Virus record (IMG/VR): IMGVR_UViG_3300008113_000087
Strand: one strand, 5' to 3'
Source of the DNA: an uncultured virus (IMG/VR IMGVR_UViG_3300008113_000087)
Taxonomy: Duplodnaviria > Heunggongvirae > Uroviricota > Caudoviricetes
DNA length: 64,000 nt
Of this stretch, positions 39,911 through 50,104 are shown one piece after another; position 1 is the first letter of the stretch; every line of letters starts with the position of its first letter. The position numbers were made by a program, and so were the translations under genes. The notes beneath the pieces are model-generated. The model saw only the letters and a list, made by a program, of their open reading frames with translations, was not told where the DNA came from and did not search any database.

Positions 39911-41749
39911 TTATGTTATAGTATTTGTTTTAGTGAAGACATATTGTCCTGCGGTTGTTTCGCCAGATGCAACTTTATCTTCGATTACGTTTAGAACAAT
40001 TTTTGCTTCATTAAGTGTGGCCAGCTGATTTCTAACTGAGACAACATCTTGCGCTGCAGGTCTAACTGTAAATTCAACTTTATTATCCACTGCTGATGTA
40101 ATGTTTACACTTTGGAAAACAATTTTTCCAGCTAGATAATTTACAGTTCCATAAGTTCCTGGAGAAACAATTTTTTGACCAGTGTTTGTTATAGAAAATC
40201 TTTTTAAGAAACCTAATCCATTGTCTTCTAAGTAATATGTTGTAGCATCATTCGACACAGTAAATCCAGTGCTCACTACAGTTCCGACAACACCAGTTTC
40301 GCTGTAAATAGGATTTCCTAAACTTACATTATATGTTTGAACACGATTAAAAATTGGCACGAACGATTTTGTTAATCTAATTGAAATGATGCTGTTAATA
40401 ATACCCTTCTCGGCACCATCTATAACTTTTGTCAGTGCACTAGAGCGCAAAACACTGTCAAATTTATTTAATTGTGTTTGGTTAAAATTAACAATGGCTT
40501 GTCTAACTAATGATGAGATGGAAGATGCGCTATTATTAGTTATTGTTGGATTGTAGTAAACAGTGGCTGTTAAATTAACTCTTAGAAACTCAGCATCAAC
40601 AATTTCAGGTGTTATAGAAACAACATTTTTACTCTTAAGTAATTCGTTTGTTATTTTAAGTTTTGTCTCTGGTGTCAACGTCTCACCAGTAATTGGTTTA
40701 ACAGTAATGAAAACTTTTCCATATATTGGCGGATCGTTTTCTTCACCACCCCATACTGAGATAGCATCGATGTTACTGTATAATTGTGGTAAAATAACTT
40801 TATAATCTTCAGCAGTAACAGCACGATTTTGTGCGGAATAGTTTGTTGGTGCATTAGATTTGATACTTGCGATAGATTCTGGAGCAGCACCACCACTAGC
40901 AACTGTAGTAGTTGTTATTACAACATTTCCTACATTGGCAGCTGCACCTTGCATATTAAATGCGCTTGCGCCATTTACTTTATCTTGGTTACATCTAATA
41001 TATGACACCAACACAGTGTTGCCATTTGATGGTTTATATCCTATGATATCATCGCCGAAATAAATCTCATATAATCCATCGTCTACTTCTTTTAAGAAGT
41101 ATGCTCTTGTTGTTGCATCTATTTCTGTAATTTTATTTGAGAAAGTGTATACAGTATATGCGCCAGCTATCGATCCTTCTTGGACACTAACCTTCAATAA
41201 AGATGTGTCTACTTGAGTATTCGGTATAATATATCGCGATCCTTCTTGGAATGTAAACTGATACTCTAATGGTGTTCCCTCAAATAATGTTACACCAGTG
41301 AAAGTATATTTTCCAGCAACAAGCGCACTGGTAAATGCTTCTCTTGTGTATAGTATATACGATGTACTGTCAATAGTAGTAGTAAATGCAGTACCAGCAT
41401 CTAAAACTAAAAATGGTGGAGGTGTAACAGATGTCGGTGTGATTTGAATATTTACAGTTGCTTGTGCAGCTCGAGAAGATCTTGGTAAGTATCCCAACAT
41501 TTTAGCAATTGAAACAACACTGTTTCTTTTGCTGGCTGAATCCAAAAACATTTCGTTTACTGCTAAGTTTGTATACAGAGCATTATAATGTGTATTATAT
41601 GCAAGGACATCTAGCAAAACAGAAAGACCAGATCCTTCAAAATTATAATCTTGAAATTGTGTTTGCGCTTTTAGATAATCTTTTAAATTATCTTTAATGC
41701 CATCGAAACCAAGTTCGCCAATCTTTATTCTTTTATTTGTTGTTGCCAT
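39911..41749 (-). CDS. gp6: Baseplate wedge subunit
   Basis: DYNFEGSGLSVLLDVLAYNTHY, QNRAVTAEDY, WGGEENDPP.YGKVFI. Confidence 0.95.
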   Translation of the reverse strand: MATTNKRIKIGELGFDGIKDNLKDYLKAQTQFQDYNFEGSGLSVLLDVLAYNTHYNALYTNLAVNEMFLDSASKRNSVVSIAKMLGYLPRSSRAAQATVNIQITPTSVTPPPFLVLDAGTAFTTTIDSTSYILYTREAFTSALVAGKYTFTGVTLFEGTPLEYQFTFQEGSRYIIPNTQVDTSLLKVSVQEGSIAGAYTVYTFSNKITEIDATTRAYFLKEVDDGLYEIYFGDDIIGYKPSNGNTVLVSYIRCNQDKVNGASAFNMQGAAANVGNVVITTTTVASGGAAPESIASIKSNAPTNYSAQNRAVTAEDYKVILPQLYSNIDAISVWGGEENDPPIYGKVFITVKPITGETLTPETKLKITNELLKSKNVVSITPEIVDAEFLRVNLTATVYYNPTITNNSASSISSLVRQAIVNFNQTQLNKFDSVLRSSALTKVIDGAEKGIINSIISIRLTKSFVPIFNRVQTYNVSLGNPIYSETGVVGTVVSTGFTVSNDATTYYLEDNGLGFLKRFSITNTGQKIVSPGTYGTVNYLAGKIVFQSVNITSAVDNKVEFTVRPAAQDVVSVRNQLATLNEAKIVLNVIEDKVASGETTAGQYVFTKTNTIT

Positions 41750-42142
41750 TTATCGAGATCTCTCTAAGACTAAGTCCAGTGTAACTGGAACTGATGTGTT
41801 TAAAATTTTAAAATCTATTCGGACAGCAATCGAATTATTACCTTCATCATATACAGCTTGAACATCTATTAAACTTACTCTTGGCTCAAACGTGTTTATT
41901 AAATCAATAATACTTTGCCTAATTACTGCTTCGGTAAATGGGTCTGCTAATTCAAACAAAAGTGCTGTAACTTGAGAACCAATTTCACTGTGGAAAGGAC
42001 GCTCATAGTTTTTTGTTAACACAAGATTACGAACAGAACGCTTGATGGCATTCTCATCCAGTAAAACTGCGATATCGCCTGTAACTGGGTGTTTCGTAAA
42101 GTTGAGGTTTAAGTCAACGAATGTTCTAGTATTGTTTGCCAT
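41750..42142 (-). CDS. gp25: Baseplate wedge subunit (start re-called at 42142)
   Basis: DLNLNF..HPVTGD, AIKRSVRNLVLT...ERPF, FEPRV. Confidence 0.93.
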   Translation of the reverse strand: MANNTRTFVDLNLNFTKHPVTGDIAVLLDENAIKRSVRNLVLTKNYERPFHSEIGSQVTALLFELADPFTEAVIRQSIIDLINTFEPRVSLIDVQAVYDEGNNSIAVRIDFKILNTSVPVTLDLVLERSR

Positions 42143-42153
42143 ATACCTATTTA

Positions 42154-42462
42154 TTATCCACCAATGAAGGTATTCGTGGAACCTTGTGCGATTGCGTCTC
42201 CGCAAGAAATATTATCACCAATTCTAGCAGCAGGAAACCCTTCTATGAAAGTGTTGCCAGAGCCAGAAACATGTGCCCTTGCGCTTGGTTGGGGGTGTAC
42301 CGTATTACCGCAAGAATGAGTGGCATGAAACGACCCACTATTCACTACACCAACCTTTATACCATTCACAAAGGTCTTAGAAACTGGTGTTTGTAACATA
42401 GGGGTTGGTGGAAAACAACCATGTCCAGTGCTTTTGTCTCCAACTCTTACGATTGCTGGCAT
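42154..42462 (-). CDS. gp5.4: PAAR spike-tip protein
   Basis: RVGD.STGHGCFPP, H.C...H, PAARIGD.I.CG. Confidence 0.92.
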   Translation of the reverse strand: MPAIVRVGDKSTGHGCFPPTPMLQTPVSKTFVNGIKVGVVNSGSFHATHSCGNTVHPQPSARAHVSGSGNTFIEGFPAARIGDNISCGDAIAQGSTNTFIGG

Positions 42463-42932
42463 TATACTGTGTATCCTACATAAGTTTGGAGAGAATTTTT
42501 ACCATTAGTCCAATCATTTTGCACTGTTATGGTATAGATATTTATTCCCTTTACAATCAATCCATCTCTTGCAGTCGCTGTATATGTATAATTTTTTGTG
42601 AAAGTAGTATCAGCATCATAAGAAACCATTTCAGACAATTTTGTGATGTCAATTTGTTCAAATTTCGGCACAGTAACGAAAGTATCAGTGGGAGTTCTAT
42701 ACTGTATACTATTCGTAAAAGAGTCAAAATAATATCCACTTATACTTGACCTGATTGGAGATACAAGTGATTGTATTAGAATCGTACTTGGATTCGTTTG
42801 GTTGGGCACTATGGTGACAGGATATCTGGTAACAGCCAGTGTAAGTATGTCTTCTTCCTCATAATAAATCTCAAAATTTAGAGATTGATTTTCAGTAACA
42901 GTGCCAAGCTGGGTATCAGTAGGATAAAACAT
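42462..42932 (-). CDS. Hypothetical protein between gp5 and PAAR gene
   Basis: 156-aa ORF, translationally coupled on both sides. Confidence 0.65.
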   Translation of the reverse strand: MFYPTDTQLGTVTENQSLNFEIYYEEEDILTLAVTRYPVTIVPNQTNPSTILIQSLVSPIRSSISGYYFDSFTNSIQYRTPTDTFVTVPKFEQIDITKLSEMVSYDADTTFTKNYTYTATARDGLIVKGINIYTITVQNDWTNGKNSLQTYVGYTV

Positions 42933-42935
42933 AGT

Positions 42936-45900
42936 TTACTTTTTAGGGAACACACCATTTTCAGGTTCTAATAAGAAGAATCCAGCTGGCACTCCTTTGC
43001 TATTTCTTCCATAAGTTGAATGGCGAGACATAGTAAATGCCATCTTTCTATTTCCACCTGCATAATTATATCCGATGTGTATCCATACAGATGAAGGATT
43101 ATCGTACTCAAGAATAATTTGGTCATACGGGATGGCACGTTCGACTAATTGCACAAGTTCGTATGTTCGTTTGTAACGACTCGATCCTCTCAGACCAATA
43201 TCAAGTGCTTGTCCTTTAGGATGCATTGAACTCGCAGATTCTGCTGCTAGCACACCCTTTAATCGATATCCTGAATTAATACCCCATAGCCCTGATTTAT
43301 ACCCTCTCATACCTTCAGGTAAAATTTCTTTCTCAACCAATGGCTCGAGACAGGCTTGTACGGTATTCGCTAAGTTACACACAACTTCTTGTGGTGTGTA
43401 AATTCTTTGTTTATTGCCTTGTAAAACATCAGTTAGAGTTTGGTTCTGTAACCTGTGACGTCCGTTAACACCACCATCAACACACATACCAAGTGTAAAG
43501 TTCTTAGTGAGTTTATAGCTGTCATTAAATCTATCAGTTGTTAAAATAATGGCGCAGCTAACAGGTTGACCAGGAGCAGTACCACCAGATGCTGCTGGTG
43601 CAGTTTCATATGCATCATCAGTATTTGTTCTACCACCAGTTTCTTGTTCTTTATCGTATGCTAATTTTCTGCCTTCTGGTGTTTGTAAATCTTCTTCGGT
43701 TTCTCCCGCTTTCTCATTACTTTGAGTTCGCTCTCTTGGCTCAAGCGCTGGAATACTATTACCCAAAGGAGATCCTTCTGCAGGGAACACTAATGCTGTC
43801 GCATCTTCAGGAGCAGTTGGTGTGGCTTCATTAGCGCCATTACCAAAATCGCCTCTAGAATAATCAAGACGCATAGCACCACCCGATTTTATCTCCATGG
43901 CAGAATCAGTACTAAACCTCACACTTCCAGTAGATTTAATATCTGTCAATTCAGTAACTGCTATGCCAAGATTACCTTTAACTGCAGCTGAAGCACTTCC
44001 TCCTACATCAATATCTAAATTACCACCCACCTTTAACGAAAGATCAGCAGCCACTGCGATATTTAAATTCTTGGCGACACCAATATCCACGTTTCCACCA
44101 AACACTGCTTCAGCATTACCTTCTACTTTAATGTTTGCGTCAGATTGGCAAAGTATATTGACTTGGCCACCGACTGTTAAATTGCATGCGCCATAGACAT
44201 AAACAAAGCCATTCTTTGACATAATGGTATAAGAGTCGCCATTAATATAATCAACACGTGTTCCGTCAGCATCTATATCGGAATATGTTCCTGCTCTGTG
44301 GAAAGATGTTATTCTTTCATTTCCTGGAGTATCGTCTATCTCTAAAACATGACCAGATTCGCTCTCGTATACTTTATTAAATGGATATTGACCACCATAA
44401 GGTGCTTCTGGTTGATCCCAAAAGCTACTATTTGATGTAGGAATTTTTAATACTCTAAGTCCATCTTTTATATCAATGACAGTTCCCTTAGTAACACCAC
44501 GAGCAAGTCTGTTTGTGTCTGGTTCATTTATTAAGTTACCCAGTGGATACTTACCGTTAGGATCTCTAAAACCAAACTTACTTTCATTCGCTGATGGAGA
44601 TGGAATTACTGCACCATTAGAATCAGTTCCTGCTGCTGCCTCTGTAGTATCGCCAGGAGTTGTGGCTGAAGCATCTTTGTCAGCGATAGAGTTTGATTCT
44701 TCGCCGTAAAAATACTCAAAGTATCTTTTCTTTTTAGCTGAAATGTCTGGAGAATTTACGCCAACCGCTCTCTTAGCAATGTCAAAATATCTTGCATCAG
44801 TAGGAGCATTAGCAGGAACCCTGTCTACCAGATAAAGAGCAGCAACAAGGGCACAAACATTTAAATCAGAGTTTAAAGAATCTGGATTATTGACAATGTC
44901 AATATTCAATCCTAGTTTTTTAGCAAGATTGTTGTATCTAACATAGTTAGATTTACCAGTCAGTTGAATAAAGCCACGACCAAAATATTTACCACCCTCT
45001 TCATCGGTCAAGTGATTGAAGAATCCTTTTCCTCTTGTTGTTGGTCCATAAATGTAACTAAAGAAACCTGCTCTACCTTTAGCATCGGCAGACCATCTAA
45101 CATATTGTTTCCACTCTTCCTCGGGACGCTTATTGGTTATTCCTGGAAATATTTGAGCAAATCTTTTCTCGTCATAGTAAGTATTTTCAAGCAATGGCAA
45201 CCATGTTGATTCACCACCAGCAATACCAAGCAGCGCACATTTTTGCGCTTTCGATGTTAGACCTACCTTATCGCAAGCAGCAATCATTGCCTTAATGCCT
45301 GCACTTGCTGCTGCTGTGTTATTTGTAACACCCTTTGGCGGAACTGTCGGGATAGCCTTATTAACATCAGTTGCTGTAGGTGTATCTGATGTAGAAGTTG
45401 TTGCAGTTGTAGTCGCAGGTGTTGGTGCTGCTGATCTTGTCGGAACACCTTCAGTAACATTGATGGTTCCACCAGTTTCTAATGTTTCTTCTTGACCGCT
45501 ACGACTTTCTTTTACTGAGTCTAAATTAGTAGGAGCAGATTTAAATGTAATAATCTGTTCGCCAGAAAGACCGAAGGGTTTATTGATTCTAATGCTCCTA
45601 GCGTTGAGCACTTGTTCAATCAGAGTTTCTTCTTGTATACCTGGACCAAAAACTCGCATATCTTTGCTGAGTTTTTCTGTTAAGTTTTCAATCTGTCCAT
45701 TCGGATCGTAAAATGTTAATTCTGTAACAGGCAATTGAGACGGAGTAGTTCTTAATTCAACAGCTGAATCCGCTGGTATCTGTACTATGTTATTATTATC
45801 AGTATCAATTTGCCCATATAAACTTTGTTGTGGTATACCACCAATAGTTCCCATCATAACAGGAAACTGTTTTGCCTCATCTTGGAAAAATATGATTACC

Positions 45901-46115
45901 CAAGTGCCTGTTACTGGACCGATCGGAGTATGACCTATACCATTCATAGCAGCAGAAGTTACAGGCTGCATAGGATAAGCCCATGGCAAATCATCCGTTG
46001 GTAAAATTGTTGCGTCTTCAGTATGAATACCAACTACTCGGACTTTACATCTTCCGATTTTTAGTGGATCGTCACGACTTTCTACAACTCCAGTATGAAA
46101 CATTAAATTACTCAT
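42936..46115 (-). CDS. gp5: Baseplate hub / spike with GH19-like and peptidase M15-like domains
   Basis: OB-fold GVVE.RDDPL.IGRCKVRV.G.H; GH19 YFGRGFIQLTGKSNY; YPFNKVYESESGH..EIDDTPG.ER beta-helix; C-terminal NSGYR...SMH..GQA.D...WIH. Confidence 0.9.
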   Translation of the reverse strand: MSNLMFHTGVVESRDDPLKIGRCKVRVVGIHTEDATILPTDDLPWAYPMQPVTSAAMNGIGHTPIGPVTGTWVIIFFQDEAKQFPVMMGTIGGIPQQSLYGQIDTDNNNIVQIPADSAVELRTTPSQLPVTELTFYDPNGQIENLTEKLSKDMRVFGPGIQEETLIEQVLNARSIRINKPFGLSGEQIITFKSAPTNLDSVKESRSGQEETLETGGTINVTEGVPTRSAAPTPATTTATTSTSDTPTATDVNKAIPTVPPKGVTNNTAAASAGIKAMIAACDKVGLTSKAQKCALLGIAGGESTWLPLLENTYYDEKRFAQIFPGITNKRPEEEWKQYVRWSADAKGRAGFFSYIYGPTTRGKGFFNHLTDEEGGKYFGRGFIQLTGKSNYVRYNNLAKKLGLNIDIVNNPDSLNSDLNVCALVAALYLVDRVPANAPTDARYFDIAKRAVGVNSPDISAKKKRYFEYFYGEESNSIADKDASATTPGDTTEAAAGTDSNGAVIPSPSANESKFGFRDPNGKYPLGNLINEPDTNRLARGVTKGTVIDIKDGLRVLKIPTSNSSFWDQPEAPYGGQYPFNKVYESESGHVLEIDDTPGNERITSFHRAGTYSDIDADGTRVDYINGDSYTIMSKNGFVYVYGACNLTVGGQVNILCQSDANIKVEGNAEAVFGGNVDIGVAKNLNIAVAADLSLKVGGNLDIDVGGSASAAVKGNLGIAVTELTDIKSTGSVRFSTDSAMEIKSGGAMRLDYSRGDFGNGANEATPTAPEDATALVFPAEGSPLGNSIPALEPRERTQSNEKAGETEEDLQTPEGRKLAYDKEQETGGRTNTDDAYETAPAASGGTAPGQPVSCAIILTTDRFNDSYKLTKNFTLGMCVDGGVNGRHRLQNQTLTDVLQGNKQRIYTPQEVVCNLANTVQACLEPLVEKEILPEGMRGYKSGLWGINSGYRLKGVLAAESASSMHPKGQALDIGLRGSSRYKRTYELVQLVERAIPYDQIILEYDNPSSVWIHIGYNYAGGNRKMAFTMSRHSTYGRNSKGVPAGFFLLEPENGVFPKK

Positions 46116-47398
46116 CTTCCACCTCTATCAAGATCAACCATCATAGAATCTTTTATTAGTTCCATGTGACATGTATGCTGTTCTTTATCAATTGTATGAT
46201 TTATTGCAGCGACCAAATAATTTCCAGAATGGATCTTATCAATTAAATCTTCTGTGTTTTCTTGCGTATATCCTGCTGCTGTTTTGTATGTAGTCAAATT
46301 TACCCTCATTCCAACTGTGTAGTCTGTTCTTCCCGAAACAACGATTTGTATTTTAAACGACTCTGCTTGTCCAGTCAAAGATATTCTTTGCTGTGTATAT
46401 TTTGTATTAGTTATATCGTTGTAATTTGTATAAACACCAAAGTGTTTTTGTTCATATATCTGTAGTGCATTTGGCGCTACAGGAACACGGGAAGATGCTA
46501 TTGGAAATTTGTTTAAGTGATTATGATTAGAGAAATCTTGTAAAAGATTATAGTTTTTCACAGAATATTTCTTACTGACAAAATCGTGCGTTATCATTTT
46601 TGAGGCATATACGCCACTACGTGTTCTCTGCATGTAGTCAAAAGACCGATCAACATTTAATTGTAACACACGCTTAAACCCCTCATCGGTATCTTGTATA
46701 TTTGTGCCTTGCGGTGTAAATGCTCTAGTCTTGTTATCAAAAATAAACTCTTGAAATACAGGAGCACTGTAAAGTTCGTTTAAAGTAACAAAATTAAAAC
46801 CAGTTCTATTCTCAAAAAATAAGTACGTACTATTATTTTTATCACTTACTGCAACTTTTGCCAGATAATTTAAACAAGCAACTGGGCTCCAAAAATTAGA
46901 AACAAATCTGACTTTGTTAGCAGCTTGTTCATATCTTACTAACTTCTGAGAATTTAATCCACGTGGTGTTCCGATAATTTCTTTTGCAATATCACTACAG
47001 TTACCCTCAAAAGATTTACTAATTTTAAAATTTAAATCTGCGATTGCTTCTTTTGAAATAAAGTGTAAAACAAACAATGCATTTTTATCGTTCAGCAATA
47101 GACGTTGATCCATTTTGTAAAGATAGAAATCTCCTTCAATGATTCTGTTTTTAGAATCCATCGTAGGAGTAGCAATTTTCAATGATAAATACTCTTCGCC
47201 AATAAATGGGAAGAAGTTGACCAGATCGATTGCATCTGAAAGAACTAATGTACCTGTAATAAATGGAGAAAAAATATCTTCAAACACTTCTACCTGTATA
47301 ACCTGCCCAAGTATATCTTGCACGAATCCATTAGAAGATCTTACTCGTGCTTCTTGTATATTTACATCACCAGGAAACTTTAAACCCATCAACGACAT
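46112..47398 (-). CDS. Baseplate hub protein (gp27-like)
   Basis: EDIFSPFITG.L.L.D, FFENRTGFNF..L, SGNYLV.AI.H; between gp53 and gp5. Confidence 0.7.
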   Translation of the reverse strand: MSLMGLKFPGDVNIQEARVRSSNGFVQDILGQVIQVEVFEDIFSPFITGTLVLSDAIDLVNFFPFIGEEYLSLKIATPTMDSKNRIIEGDFYLYKMDQRLLLNDKNALFVLHFISKEAIADLNFKISKSFEGNCSDIAKEIIGTPRGLNSQKLVRYEQAANKVRFVSNFWSPVACLNYLAKVAVSDKNNSTYLFFENRTGFNFVTLNELYSAPVFQEFIFDNKTRAFTPQGTNIQDTDEGFKRVLQLNVDRSFDYMQRTRSGVYASKMITHDFVSKKYSVKNYNLLQDFSNHNHLNKFPIASSRVPVAPNALQIYEQKHFGVYTNYNDITNTKYTQQRISLTGQAESFKIQIVVSGRTDYTVGMRVNLTTYKTAAGYTQENTEDLIDKIHSGNYLVAAINHTIDKEQHTCHMELIKDSMMVDLDRGGR

Positions 47399-47889
47399 TA
47401 TAATTTCCTATACATACTTAAAACTTCAAACAATAAGGCTGGCGCCAATATTTTTAATTTTCTTTTTTCTTCATTCACTCTATCTTCATATAGAGTGTTA
47501 CTGATAGTAGTTGTGCCGACACCAGAATTAACAATAAGTCCTGCAGCATTTTCGTAATGGTGGACTGCATTTATATTTGCCTGACCGTATTTTGCTATTA
47601 CATGTTTATCTAGTTGTGGTTGTGACAATGGCATATCATTAATGTAGTCATATTTCTCATTTAGAATCATAAGAACCCAATGATACATTGGAGATCCATA
47701 TAGTTTTTCCGAAATCATTTCCATTGTTTCACCATCTTTAATATAATAGTATTCCCACTGGGAAACATTCTCAACTACTTCTTTTCTAAAACGCACATTT
47801 TTTGTTATATCTCTCAACACCATCAAATCAAAATTTCCAGGTGATGTTTCAAAATCATAGTATATTTGATTGAAGTTATCGAAATACAT
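47398..47889 (-). CDS. gp53: Baseplate wedge protein (LysM-like)
   Basis: MYF.NF..I.Y, Y.IKDGET.E.IS.KLYGSP.YHWV, HHYE. Confidence 0.92.
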   Translation of the reverse strand: MYFDNFNQIYYDFETSPGNFDLMVLRDITKNVRFRKEVVENVSQWEYYYIKDGETMEMISEKLYGSPMYHWVLMILNEKYDYINDMPLSQPQLDKHVIAKYGQANINAVHHYENAAGLIVNSGVGTTTISNTLYEDRVNEEKRKLKILAPALLFEVLSMYRKL

Positions 47890-48995
47890 TATAGACCCTC
47901 TTTAATTTTATCTTTAGTAAGAACACCCAATTCTCTAAATGTCAATTGAATATTGATTTGAGTTGGTGTCCCATCTGCGAATGTTGCGAATTGTCCATTT
48001 GGCGTATAGTTGATAGTCATGTCAGCCAATACACATGAGGTGTGTTTATGGATTGATTTATTTAAACCCTTACCCTTATAGTAGAATACATCAAATTCTG
48101 ATGGATATACAAACAAGAACGTAGTACCATCTTTGTATTCTGGATGCATGTGGTACTTAAATTGATAGATGATATTTAATACGTTTCTTGCTTCATCTGC
48201 GTCTCTTGGATAAAATTCATAGTTAATGTTGAATGTTCTAAAATCAACACCTTTAAATGTCTGTTCTTTCTTGGGGTTTACTGCCATCCCCGTACCCGCT
48301 TGCATCAGTTCGCCACCAGGAACACTTTGAAGTGCTAAAGCTGCAGTAACTGTAGGATTAGCGATAGTTGCGCCAATACCAGCACCAATTGCTGCGCCAC
48401 TTGCTACACTGTTACCAAGTCCCTTTGCGACGGCACCACCAGCGAGAGCACCAGCAAGTGTTGTTAGATTCGCTGCTTCAATCATTGCTGTTTCTGTTAA
48501 CATCTCTTTGTCCTGCCAATTCATTCCATATCTAATTTGCAATTGATTTGGCATATGTAAAGCAATGGCTGTTTTTAAACGCTTAACAGGTCTTGTAAAT
48601 TTACCACTCTGTGGTAATACTGATAGACCAGCTACAGCATTTACACCACCGCCAAGAATAGCGCCACCTGCGGTATTTCCACCAGCAAAACTACTAACTC
48701 CTGAACCTGTAATCGCACCTGCTGCTACAAATGCACCAGTAGCTCGCAGAGCATCATAATTAGCAGCTCTCAATTCACTTTGAACACTTGGGGTAAAATC
48801 TTTCACAAAAGTGTCTTCTGGACCCTTACCCAACTTTGATTCCTCTAACACATTGATGTTAAACAGGATCATACTCTCTCCATACTCGGAGTAGTTTCCT
48901 ACTAAGTCTAGTGGATAAGTAAGTTTATCTATATTGTACTTGCTGCCATCGGCAGAAGTAAATAGGGTTTCTGTCGGGTTTTCTTGATTTGCCAT
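47889..48995 (-). CDS. gp48: Baseplate tail-tube cap
   Basis: IALHMP, NPKKEQ.FKGVDFRTF...YEF.PR...EA, CVL....NYTP.G. Confidence 0.85.
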   Translation of the reverse strand: MANQENPTETLFTSADGSKYNIDKLTYPLDLVGNYSEYGESMILFNINVLEESKLGKGPEDTFVKDFTPSVQSELRAANYDALRATGAFVAAGAITGSGVSSFAGGNTAGGAILGGGVNAVAGLSVLPQSGKFTRPVKRLKTAIALHMPNQLQIRYGMNWQDKEMLTETAMIEAANLTTLAGALAGGAVAKGLGNSVASGAAIGAGIGATIANPTVTAALALQSVPGGELMQAGTGMAVNPKKEQTFKGVDFRTFNINYEFYPRDADEARNVLNIIYQFKYHMHPEYKDGTTFLFVYPSEFDVFYYKGKGLNKSIHKHTSCVLADMTINYTPNGQFATFADGTPTQINIQLTFRELGVLTKDKIKEGL

Positions 48996-49007
48996 CTGGA
49001 TTCTCTA

Positions 49008-49047
49008 ACTAAATATGTTAAATAAGGTAAGCCTTCTATTATTTAGT
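49008..49047. promoter_or_regulatory. Pair of face-to-face late promoters ACTAAATA (+ 49008-49015, - 49040-49047)
   Basis: Both octamers in the intergenic region between divergent gp48 and gp4. Confidence 0.65.
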
Positions 49048-49048
49048 T

Positions 49049-49495
49049 ATGTTTCACAAGAGAAAATATAAACCATCGAATCCAGAAAAATATGATGGTG
49101 ACCCAACCAATATCATTATGAGATCGAGCTGGGAAACCAGATTCGCCTCATGGTGTGATCGAAGCACGTCTATTATAAAGTGGTCTTCAGAGGAAACAGT
49201 TGTTCCTTATAGATCGCCCATTGATGACAAGGTTCATCGGTATTTTATAGATTTTAGGATTCAGGCAAGAGATAAAACAGGGAAACTCTCAACCTATTTG
49301 GTTGAGGTAAAACCTTATAACCAAACACAGCCCCCAAGTTATCCTGGGAGACAAACTAAACGATATCTTACAGAATCTTCCACCTTTGTCATAAATCAAG
49401 CCAAGTGGAAAGCTGCCGATTCTTATGCCAAAGACAGAGGATGGCATTTTAAGATAATTACTGAATATGAACTTGGGCTGTCACAAACTAGATAA
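49049..49495 (+). CDS. gp4: Head completion nuclease
   Basis: KP.NPEKY.GDP.NI..RSSWE, WSSEE..VPY.SP.D...HRYF.DF, EVKP, NQAKW.AA. Confidence 0.93.
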   Translation: MFHKRKYKPSNPEKYDGDPTNIIMRSSWETRFASWCDRSTSIIKWSSEETVVPYRSPIDDKVHRYFIDFRIQARDKTGKLSTYLVEVKPYNQTQPPSYPGRQTKRYLTESSTFVINQAKWKAADSYAKDRGWHFKIITEYELGLSQTR

Positions 49496-49504
49496 ATATA
49501 CAAT

Positions 49505-50104
49505 ATGGCTAAAAACGAATCATTCCAATCCCTGTTCGACAAGTTTAGAATGGACCCAAATATTGCGGGAAAATCTAAAACTTGGTACGAACAACAGGCA
49601 TTGCTTTTATCTGGAAAGCAGCGATTCCTCACACCCAACAAGGTTATGAACAATGAGGCTGATAGATTAAAAGGTAAAATTGCTCCAGGAAAACTGTTCA
49701 TGTTTTTATATGACCCAAAGACAAAAGATACGTTACCATACTACGACCTATTCCCACTGGTTTTTCCATATCAAAAAATTCCAGGTGGGTTCATGGGTTT
49801 AAACATGCATTATTTACCCTACCAACTGCGTGTTAGATTATTAGATCGTCTAATGATGTTTGCGTCTAACAGTAAATTAGATGAGACAACAAGAATAAGA
49901 TATTCATGGGAAACAATCTCTGGTCTATCTAAGTTTAATCTTGCGAAACCTTGTATAAAACACTACCTAGACAATCACGTTAAATCTCAGTTTAAGTTTG
50001 TACCAGCAAGCGACTGGTCAACTGCAATGATGTTACCTGTTGAAAGATTCGTTGGGGCTAAAAAAGAAACAGTCTGGGCAGACTCTATAAGGAAAACAAG
50101 ATGA
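49505..50104 (+). CDS. gp2: DNA end protector protein
   Basis: F.YDPKTKDTLPYYD.FPL, GLNMHYLP, PCIKHYL; preceded by GATAAATA (49491-49498). Confidence 0.92.
   Translation: MAKNESFQSLFDKFRMDPNIAGKSKTWYEQQALLLSGKQRFLTPNKVMNNEADRLKGKIAPGKLFMFLYDPKTKDTLPYYDLFPLVFPYQKIPGGFMGLNMHYLPYQLRVRLLDRLMMFASNSKLDETTRIRYSWETISGLSKFNLAKPCIKHYLDNHVKSQFKFVPASDWSTAMMLPVERFVGAKKETVWADSIRKTR

Noticed and set aside
49049..49495. TnsA-like endonuclease fold suggesting a transposon
   Set aside because: Motifs and position next to gp2 identify T4 gp4; no terminal repeats or other tns genes
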